A stretch of 40,581 nucleotides of DNA from Armatimonadota bacterium (GTDB taxonomy: Bacteria > Armatimonadota > Zipacnadia > Zipacnadales > FEN-943). A program made the translations under genes and the position numbers. Of the stretch, positions 18,636-25,775 are shown piece by piece. Every line of letters begins with the position of its first letter. Position 1 is the first letter of the stretch. The DNA is taken from contig PMZA01000413.1 in assembly GCA_003170595.1 (NCBI GenBank), positions 1 through 40,581 of the forward strand, read 5' to 3'. The notes beneath the pieces were generated by a model. The model made no database searches. It worked only from the letters and a program-made list of their open reading frames with translations, and was not told where the DNA came from.

Positions 18636-18652
18636 CTACAGGATCTGGGCGC

Positions 18653-18988
18653 TCAGTGCTTGCCCGCCGCGAGGAGGCTCATACCTGCGGCGATGGCGAC
18701 GATGCCTACGTACTGGGTCGTCGCAAGGCCGGTTCGGTAGCCCACCGCCAGGGCGATCTGGGCCGCAAGGAACGCTCCGCCGAAGCATACGCCCAGGGCG
18801 ACGTTGGGGTTCATCGTCTTGTACAGCAGCATCAGGAGCACGATGCTGGTCACGCCGAAGGCCTGTCCGCTGATGAATCCCAGGACCGCGCGGCCCGGCG
18901 TGTCGCTGCCCCACTTGAAGAGCAACTGGGCTACCACCTGCATGGCCCAGAACAGGGCCACCATCGCGATTACCCTGGGCACATTCAT
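18653..18988 (-). CDS. Small 4-TM membrane protein, SMR/DMT-like fold (111 aa)
   Basis: Starting at MNVPRVIAMVALFWAMQVVAQLLF, there are four hydrophobic segments of about 20 aa in 111 aa. The ATG at 18988 overlaps the upstream stop codon (ATGA at 18985-18988). The upstream 77 codons of ORF 18653..19219 are Arg/Pro-rich shadow sequence. Confidence 0.65.
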   Translation of the reverse strand: MNVPRVIAMVALFWAMQVVAQLLFKWGSDTPGRAVLGFISGQAFGVTSIVLLMLLYKTMNPNVALGVCFGGAFLAAQIALAVGYRTGLATTQYVGIVAIAAGMSLLAAGKH

Positions 18989-20205
18989 TGCTTGCTCCTT
19001 TCTTCCGGGGACGGGACGCGCCGGCGTGCGGTCCTCTCGCGGACGGCGCGGACGAGGTCGGGCTTCCATCGGCCTTCCAGGTCGCGCAGGCCCGTGGGTT
19101 CCTGGGCGGAGTCCTGATAGGACCAGATCCACCATCCGCCAAAGCCGTACTCCGTAATCTTGTCGAAGTGCCAGCGCAGCACGTCCGCGTCGGAGAGGGC
19201 GCTCTTGTCGGCGATGCAAGGCTCGGCGGGGTGGCCGGCGCCCTTGAAGTCCGTGGAGATGATCCGGCTGGCGTTTTCCGGGCCAAGGATGCGCACGATC
19301 TCGCGGAGGTAGCGGAAGCCGTCAGTCGCTGGGTCGCAGCACGGATAGGTGCTCATCACCCAGTAGTCGGGTGGCAGCTTCAGATCCTCGACGAGCCACC
19401 GTTTGAGATTGCTGAAAGAACTCAGCCGCTGCAGGGGCGTCTTGTCGTGCCAATAAGGAACGTCGGCGAGGATGGGGAGCATGATCGGCGATCCGACCGG
19501 CCGTTGGGCGGCCCGGCGGAACCTGGGCCAGACCTCCTTGACGAACCGCTCGGTGTACGCCATGACCTCGGGCTGCTCGGGCCAGTCCCACGTCATCGGC
19601 TCCGCCCCGCCCCACTGATAGTTGCCCATCATCGTCCAGAAGGCGATGGAGTCGGGCGAGGCGACGGCCCCCTCGACGTAGCGGATTATCTGCTCGTACC
19701 AGATCGCCGCCTCGGTCCAGGGCGTGTCGTCGGGCTTGGGCCACCACTCGCTCTGGCCGATGTGGTGGGCGGTGTCGAGCCGGTACGGGATCCACAGATT
19801 GCAGGCGAGGTCGATCTCAACGCGGACGCCCGCCCGATGGCAGTCGTCGAGGAAGGCGACGAGGTTGTCGAGGGTCTGCATGTTCGCCCACTGGTGCACG
19901 TCCGTGGCGGTGTCGGAGGGGGCCGTCGCCTTTTCGCGCAGGGTGAGCGGGATGAGCAGCATTACGTCGAGGAAGTTGGCGCCGGTCTTCGCCACCAACT
20001 CGGACAGTTCCTGGCAGACCCTCGGCCGGATAAGGTGATAGTCATAGATCCAGTGGCCCGTGCCCGGGGGCGAGGGTGACACGGGGTTGAAGTAGACCCC
20101 CTGGAGCTTCTCGGGCACCGTCGTGGGCGCTGCCGAGGATGCTGCCACGGCCGCGAGCAGGAGAAGGCTCAGAGCAGCGAACCGTATCAGGGCTGCGTAT
20201 CGCAT
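18985..20205 (-). CDS. Secreted hypothetical protein, probable TIM-barrel glycoside hydrolase (406 aa)
   Basis: The ATG at 20205 gives the signal peptide MRYAALIRFAALSLLLLAAVAASSAA. The alternating beta/alpha pattern, with FLDDCHRAGVRVEIDL, WTMMGNYQWGGAEP and GFGGWWIWSYQD, is reminiscent of clan GH-A enzymes. The family is not identified. Confidence 0.55.
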   Translation of the reverse strand: MRYAALIRFAALSLLLLAAVAASSAAPTTVPEKLQGVYFNPVSPSPPGTGHWIYDYHLIRPRVCQELSELVAKTGANFLDVMLLIPLTLREKATAPSDTATDVHQWANMQTLDNLVAFLDDCHRAGVRVEIDLACNLWIPYRLDTAHHIGQSEWWPKPDDTPWTEAAIWYEQIIRYVEGAVASPDSIAFWTMMGNYQWGGAEPMTWDWPEQPEVMAYTERFVKEVWPRFRRAAQRPVGSPIMLPILADVPYWHDKTPLQRLSSFSNLKRWLVEDLKLPPDYWVMSTYPCCDPATDGFRYLREIVRILGPENASRIISTDFKGAGHPAEPCIADKSALSDADVLRWHFDKITEYGFGGWWIWSYQDSAQEPTGLRDLEGRWKPDLVRAVRERTARRRVPSPEERSKQ

Positions 20206-20329
20206 CTCTGGGGGCCGACTTCGCCGTGGGTGGGGCAGGCACCTTTCTCTCGGCCCTGCGCTTGAGGAGGGGTGGCGTCTGAGGTAACGTCTAGGGGCGG
20301 TATGGATCACCCGCTTGGAGAGCCCATCA
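20206..20329. promoter_or_regulatory. Divergent intergenic region between the 20205(-) and 20330(+) starts
   Basis: 124-bp gap. GGAG at 20317-20320 serves the ATG at 20330. Confidence 0.35.
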
Positions 20330-23300
20330 ATGAGAGCAAGGAACCGGGTCGTTGCGATCATGCTGCTGGCCGGCGGGGTGACGACCAGCGCGGTCGTGCA
20401 AGCGGCACCGCTGTCGATTCAGACCTCCGCCCTGCACGCTACCTTCGACCTCGGCGCCCTCACCAGCCTGGGTGACCTGCGGGGGCACAACTACGTTGGC
20501 GGGAAGATTGCGCCGGAGGGCGTCGCCATCCATCGCGTCGGCGAGGATCACGTCGCCCAGACCGCCAGCGGATCGACGTCGCTGGATGGGCAAGGCAAGG
20601 CCCAGTGTCGCTACGAGGGCTTCAAGGGCCTCCCCGGCGCGTCGGTGGACGGCGACTTCGAGCGCGACGACGCCTCGGGCGATGTGGCCCTGACGATGCG
20701 GTGCCAGTCGCCTGAGAAAGGCGTGGCGGGGGTCGAGTGGGCCGTCGGGCCCATCCCGTCGGACATGAACATCGTCGTGCCGGGTTGGGGTGGGTTCAAG
20801 ATGACGGCGCAGTCGCCGTCCACGGCGGCGGACCTGGAATACCCGATGGCCTGGGAGGCGCAGCTTGTCATCGTCGAGGGGAAGGGCCGCGGGTTCTATG
20901 TCTGGTCCGACGACGCGACGGGCAGGTACAAACGCCTCAGGATCAGGCTGAAGCCGGACGGCTGGTGGATCGGCTTCACCACGTGGAACAACGCGCCCTT
21001 CGACGACCTGGTCGAGTGCGAGACGGCGAAGTGGCGGGTCAATGTCTACGAGGGCGACTGGCGCGTGCCAGCGCGCAGATATCGCGAGTGGGCCGCGAAG
21101 AGCATGCCCCGGGTGATCGACCAGCAGCCGGCCTGGGTGAAGGACATCCGTTGCGCGGTGATCATGTTCGTCGGCCCGAGCGTCAAGGCGCTGGACATGC
21201 TGGCCCAACGCGTGGACCCGAAGCAGACGCTGCTCTACGTCCCCGACTGGCGGCCCGACGGGTATGACCGCCTGTACCCGAACTACGACGGCGTGGCGGA
21301 GTTCGGGCCCTTCGTCCAGCACGCCCACGACCTGGGCTTCCGGGTCATGCCGCACCTGAACTACTTCGCGATCGACCCGCAGCACCCGCTCTACGAGCAG
21401 TTCAAGGCCTATCACCTGCGCGACGCCTGGGGGACCCATGAGAAGCAGTGGTTCATCTGGGACGACCCCAGCAACCCCGCCAACAATCGCAAGCTCGCGT
21501 ACATCGACCCGGCCTGCAAGGCGTGGAGGGACCTGCTCCTTGGGCGCATAAAGAAGGTCTACGAGACCTACCACGTCGACGCCGTCTACCTCGACCAGAC
21601 GCTGAACATCTTCAACGACTACAACGGCCTCATCGACGGCGCGACGATGCTGCAGGGCAACCTCGCGCTCGGGCGTGAACTCCGGGCGGCGCTGCCGGGG
21701 CTGGCTGTTGGAGGCGAGTCGCTCAACGAGGTGACGGCGCGGTACCAGGATTTCTGCCAGCGGCATGCCTACGGGATCGACTTCGACCATAGCACATGGA
21801 ACAAACCGATGCTGAAGTTCGCGCACCCGATCAGCACGTACCTGCTGCAGCCGACGATCAAGTTCAACTACCTGGGCTGTCCGCCGCCGGATCGGGCGCA
21901 GTACTACGCGGCATGGAGGGAGGACTACACGCGGTGGGGCCTTATCCCGACGCTCATGGTGTTCGACGCCGAGGCGAAGCCGCAAACCGGCTTCCTGCGC
22001 CAGCTCTTCGATGAAATCAAGTTCTGGCAGACCGAGCGCGTGAGCCCTGACCTCGACGGACCATGGCCGGCGGACGTGCTGTTCCCCTACAAGACGGCGC
22101 GGGGCCAGCGGGCTGTGAGGACGGTCGACGGACGGCTCCTCTGCGGTGATCGGGAGATCAGCCGCACGGTCACGGAAGTCACTGAGGTGCGGACGCCGGG
22201 CACGATCGAGGGGGCGTTCTGCTATGACCGCGAGCGCATCTTCGGGCTCAGCCCCGACCGGTGGTACCCGTGCTTCGCCGAGCGAAGGGACATGGCGGCG
22301 TTCCACGTGGAGGCGCTCCCGGCGGGCGTCACGCTGAGCGCGTGTCGGCTGCAGGATGGGCTGGCGACGCTGATCGCAAAGGAGCCGGTCGTGGCGGACC
22401 TGCCGGCGATGATCGCCGAAGCGACGACGGGGGCGCTGCCCTTCGGCGGCCCGCCGACCGAGGTGCATGGGGCGCTGAACGGCGAGGATGGATCGCAGTT
22501 CGCGACCATGGGCGACGAGATCCACGCCCACCCGCCGTGGAAGCATGGGACGGGGATCGCCTACGCTCGATGGACCATCACCCTTCCCAGGCAGGGCCGG
22601 CTGCGCTTCATCAGCCAGGTCGCGATGGACACCGCGGTCGTGGGGCAGTCGGATGGCGTGCTGTTCGGGGTGACCGCGCGGGTGGGGGCGCAGATGGCGC
22701 ATGCCGAGGTGTTCAATGCGACGGCGGAGAAGCGGCCGCTGGAGCTTGACCTCACGCCCTTCGCCGGCAAGGAGGTCACGCTGGAGTTGACGGTCGACCC
22801 CGGGCCGCAGAGGAACGTGACCGGCGACTGGGCGCGGTGGTATGGCGCACGGGTGGTCGAGGCTGAGGTGACGAAGGGGCAGGTGGCGATCGTGGACCCG
22901 GCGCGGCGGGCGATCGCGCTGTCGGGGACGACGGCGTCGACTCCGGCGTACGTCGGCGATCGGGGTCAGGCGGAGGTGACCTTCCCCGGGACCGTGCTCA
23001 TCCTTCGGGATACCCCCCTCGGCGTTACCCTTCCCCTGGACCTTGCGGCGACCGCGTTCAAGGTGGGCTTCACCGACTACAATGGGCAGGCGCTCATCGC
23101 TCCGGCGTGGGCTTCCGCGACGACAGGCGCGGGCGTGGTGGGCGGCGTGCAGCGCCAAGGGCTGAAGGTGCAGCCACCGGATCTGGGCCAGACGTCCGCA
23201 TGGTACGCGCTGACCCTGCCGACTCGGCCGGCGACGATGCACTGCTTCGTGGGCATCGAGGATGGATCGACGTCGACGGGCGTGGAGTTCATCATCGAGG

Positions 23301-23488
23301 CCAATGGGATCGAGCTTGCGCGGCAGAAGATGATGCCCGGGATGCCGTGGCGCGAGATCAGCGCGGACCTCTCGCCGTGGGCCGGGAAGGTCGCCGTCCT
23401 GTCGCTGATCACCGACTCAGCCGGGGCCTTCGGCAGCGATTGGGCGCGGTGGGGCGAGCCGGTTGTGGTGGCCCGACCGACCAACTGA
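20330..23488 (+). CDS. Large secreted hypothetical protein with a glycoside-hydrolase-like TIM-barrel core (1052 aa)
   Basis: Signal peptide: MRARNRVVAIMLLAGGVTTSAVVQAAP. The central segment PDWRPDGYDRLYPNY...HDLGFRVMPHLNYF...YHVDAVYLDQTLNIF...LAVGGESLNEV looks like a (beta/alpha)8 catalytic core. The C-terminal part appears to be beta-sandwich. The family is unknown to me. Confidence 0.6.
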   Translation: MRARNRVVAIMLLAGGVTTSAVVQAAPLSIQTSALHATFDLGALTSLGDLRGHNYVGGKIAPEGVAIHRVGEDHVAQTASGSTSLDGQGKAQCRYEGFKGLPGASVDGDFERDDASGDVALTMRCQSPEKGVAGVEWAVGPIPSDMNIVVPGWGGFKMTAQSPSTAADLEYPMAWEAQLVIVEGKGRGFYVWSDDATGRYKRLRIRLKPDGWWIGFTTWNNAPFDDLVECETAKWRVNVYEGDWRVPARRYREWAAKSMPRVIDQQPAWVKDIRCAVIMFVGPSVKALDMLAQRVDPKQTLLYVPDWRPDGYDRLYPNYDGVAEFGPFVQHAHDLGFRVMPHLNYFAIDPQHPLYEQFKAYHLRDAWGTHEKQWFIWDDPSNPANNRKLAYIDPACKAWRDLLLGRIKKVYETYHVDAVYLDQTLNIFNDYNGLIDGATMLQGNLALGRELRAALPGLAVGGESLNEVTARYQDFCQRHAYGIDFDHSTWNKPMLKFAHPISTYLLQPTIKFNYLGCPPPDRAQYYAAWREDYTRWGLIPTLMVFDAEAKPQTGFLRQLFDEIKFWQTERVSPDLDGPWPADVLFPYKTARGQRAVRTVDGRLLCGDREISRTVTEVTEVRTPGTIEGAFCYDRERIFGLSPDRWYPCFAERRDMAAFHVEALPAGVTLSACRLQDGLATLIAKEPVVADLPAMIAEATTGALPFGGPPTEVHGALNGEDGSQFATMGDEIHAHPPWKHGTGIAYARWTITLPRQGRLRFISQVAMDTAVVGQSDGVLFGVTARVGAQMAHAEVFNATAEKRPLELDLTPFAGKEVTLELTVDPGPQRNVTGDWARWYGARVVEAEVTKGQVAIVDPARRAIALSGTTASTPAYVGDRGQAEVTFPGTVLILRDTPLGVTLPLDLAATAFKVGFTDYNGQALIAPAWASATTGAGVVGGVQRQGLKVQPPDLGQTSAWYALTLPTRPATMHCFVGIEDGSTSTGVEFIIEANGIELARQKMMPGMPWREISADLSPWAGKVAVLSLITDSAGAFGSDWARWGEPVVVARPTN

Positions 23489-23490
23489 CC

Positions 23491-24642
23491 TCAAGGTTTG
23501 GTCTTGTCGACCACGTCGCCGTTGGAGAGAACGTTCCCCGAGAGCGTGACGTCGTGCGAGTCGACGCCGATGTACACAGCCGGCCGCTTCGGCCCTTCGA
23601 CGCGCACGGTGTTGCCGGTGATCGCGATGACGCGGTGGCCGAGGTCCTTCGGGAACTTGGGCCGGTCGGGGTCGGTGAGCCAGATCCCGACGTAGGGCCA
23701 ACCCGGCTTGCCCTTCGTGTCGTCGTAGGGAAAGAGCGCCTTGACCGCAGCCTCGGTCTCCTCGGGGACGACCACCGTGTTGCCGGCAATCGTGATGTTC
23801 ATGCAACCGTAGAAGAGCGAGATGCCGGCGTTCTTGCCGTTGCGGACGGTGTTACCGACGATGCTGCTGTCGTCGCACCATTCGTAGTCGAGGCAGATGT
23901 CGCCCGCGCCGTCGACGGTGTTGCCGGTGACGGCGATGCGGACTCCGCCGGTGCCCCAGATGCCTCCACCGCCGACGTTGCGGATGACGTTGCCCGTGAA
24001 GGCGAGGTCGGAGACATCCTTCTGCTCGAAGTTCCAGTTCCCCCAGAACTGCATGCCGTGCATCTTCGCGTCCTCGACGAAGTTGCCCGAGATGATGCCG
24101 TGGTGGCTGAAGACGACCATCACGCCCGCCGCGACGCCCTTGAAGTGGCTGTCGGCGACGCGGAAGTACTCGGCGTGGTCGGTGATCACGCCGCAGCGGG
24201 GCGAGTTCTCCATCGTGAGACGGGCGAGCGAGACGCCGTGCACGTAGCGGAGGAGGACAAGGCCGTGGCCGATGGGACTGGCCTTGTCGTCGGGTGAGCC
24301 GACGAAGTGGAGGTCGGTGAGCGCGCAGTCGTTGCCCGGTAGCATCGCCGCCTCGACATCTGGCGGCATGGTGATGGTCGAGCGCACACCAACGCCGCGC
24401 ACCATCGTGCCGTCGGGGATCTTCAGGTTGGCGATCCGGTACTGGCCCTCGGGGATGAACAGCTCTCCCCCACCGGCGGCCAGGGCGCGCTGAAAGGCGG
24501 GCGTGTCGTCGGTCTTGCCGTCACCCTTCGCACCGAAATCGCGGACCGACACGGTCGCGTTGGCTGCGGCGGAACTGAGAAGAAGAAGCGCTGCCAGAAG
24601 CATCAGGGCCGTCTTGCCTGCGAAACGCCGATCGTTCGTCAT
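23491..24642 (-). CDS. Pectate-lyase-superfamily / GH28-related right-handed beta-helix protein, secreted (383 aa)
   Basis: The ATG at 24642 overlaps the upstream stop codon (ATGA at 24639-24642) and follows GGAGGGAAGG. Signal peptide: KTALMLLAALLLLSSAAANA. VRDFGAKGDGKTDDTPAFQRALAAG is the classic Pectate_lyase_3 N-terminal motif. Repeated G-N-x-I/V rungs are present. Confidence 0.8.
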   Translation of the reverse strand: MTNDRRFAGKTALMLLAALLLLSSAAANATVSVRDFGAKGDGKTDDTPAFQRALAAGGGELFIPEGQYRIANLKIPDGTMVRGVGVRSTITMPPDVEAAMLPGNDCALTDLHFVGSPDDKASPIGHGLVLLRYVHGVSLARLTMENSPRCGVITDHAEYFRVADSHFKGVAAGVMVVFSHHGIISGNFVEDAKMHGMQFWGNWNFEQKDVSDLAFTGNVIRNVGGGGIWGTGGVRIAVTGNTVDGAGDICLDYEWCDDSSIVGNTVRNGKNAGISLFYGCMNITIAGNTVVVPEETEAAVKALFPYDDTKGKPGWPYVGIWLTDPDRPKFPKDLGHRVIAITGNTVRVEGPKRPAVYIGVDSHDVTLSGNVLSNGDVVDKTKP

Positions 24643-25772
24643 CGCACCTTCCCTCCGAGGTCGTTGAACCATACGAAGATATTGCCCTTGTCGGGGCCGT
24701 GAAGCGGGCGGGAGGCGATGTCGAGCACGCCGGCGCCGCGGAAATCGGCGAGCCGAGCGTGGTGGGTGCCCATGCCCTGGTCGATGATGTGCCGATCGAA
24801 CCGTCCGCCGCCGAGGTTCTCGTAGAGAAGGAGGCGCGGGGGCCGCTCGTCGAGCTGATCCGCAAGGCCAATCTCGCCCACGACGAGGTCGAGGCGACCG
24901 CTGCCGCAGAGGTCCGCGACCTGGAGCGAGTGGGCGTCGAGGAGGCCGTCGTCGATGAGGTGCTTGGCCCAGGGCTCGCGGAGGTCTGCGCCCGGCTTGA
25001 ACCACGCGAGCTTGCCGCCCTCGGGATGGCCGTAGATGCACGGGTCGCCCTCGGAGAGGACGATCTCCGGCTTGCCGTCGCCATCGATGTCCCCCACCGC
25101 GATGACGGTGGTGATGTAGCCGGAGGCGTATCGATGCTGCTCCCACTCGCCGGCGACGAACTTGTACCAGTGGCAGCCGAAGACGACCTCGCTGCGGCCA
25201 TCGCCGTCGAGATCAGCGATCTCCAGGCCCTCTTCCGGCTGGCCATTCTCCTTCATGCCCTGCGCGATGTAGGTGAGGCCCGGCCACGGGCTCACCGTCG
25301 GGTCGGCGGGGAGAGGGATGCAGCCGAGGGCGCCCTGCTGCTGGTTCGTGAAGAGTAAGGAGAGGACGCCGGGCTCGTCGGTGACTTCCCCGATAGCCTC
25401 GTCGTGGAACTGGCCGAAGCCGGTCTTGGCGATGAGATGGCGCTGCCAACGTCCGCCGGCGGTGCCGGGACTGCGCCACCAGGAAAGCTCGTCGGACTGC
25501 CAGTCGCCGCCGTTGATGATATCGGGCCAGCCATCGCCGTCGAGGTCGTGGGCGAGGCCGCCGCACTCCTGGTTGGTGACCTCGTCGATGATGTGGCGCT
25601 CGAAGACGCCGAAGCCGACGTTCTCGAACCAGGCCATGAGCCCGTTGCGGCCGGCGGAGAAGATGTCAGGCCGGCCGTCGCGGTTGAGGTCGGCCACGTT
25701 GAAGAGCGTGTTCATGTCGGGCGCGTTGTCCAACTCGCCGATGCAGACGCGGGTGAAGGTGGGGACGCTCAT
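24639..25772 (-). CDS. FG-GAP/VCBS repeat beta-propeller protein with no obvious signal peptide (377 aa)
   Basis: Repeated Ca-binding loops: DLNRDGRPDIF, DLDGDGWPDII, DLDGDGRSEVV, DIDGDGKPEIV. The start lies 3 nt after the upstream stop codon (TAG at 25776-25778). Confidence 0.8.
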   Translation of the reverse strand: MSVPTFTRVCIGELDNAPDMNTLFNVADLNRDGRPDIFSAGRNGLMAWFENVGFGVFERHIIDEVTNQECGGLAHDLDGDGWPDIINGGDWQSDELSWWRSPGTAGGRWQRHLIAKTGFGQFHDEAIGEVTDEPGVLSLLFTNQQQGALGCIPLPADPTVSPWPGLTYIAQGMKENGQPEEGLEIADLDGDGRSEVVFGCHWYKFVAGEWEQHRYASGYITTVIAVGDIDGDGKPEIVLSEGDPCIYGHPEGGKLAWFKPGADLREPWAKHLIDDGLLDAHSLQVADLCGSGRLDLVVGEIGLADQLDERPPRLLLYENLGGGRFDRHIIDQGMGTHHARLADFRGAGVLDIASRPLHGPDKGNIFVWFNDLGGKVR

Positions 25773-25775
25773 GGG

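Noticed and set aside
20327-23242. A 971-aa minus-strand ORF, the longest unexplained ORF in the track.
   Set aside because: It lies entirely antisense to the 20330..23488 gene. Its composition is extremely Arg/Pro/His-rich, and it has no signal peptide, RBS or recognisable motif.
24643-25146. The N-terminal 168-codon extension of ORF 23491..25146. Similar extensions occur at 3381..3656, 14320..14589, 18989..19219 and 20206..20361.
   Set aside because: These extensions are Arg/Pro-rich and overlap neighbouring genuine genes or promoter gaps. Each is followed by an internal ATG with an RBS or an ATGA overlap and a clean signal peptide.
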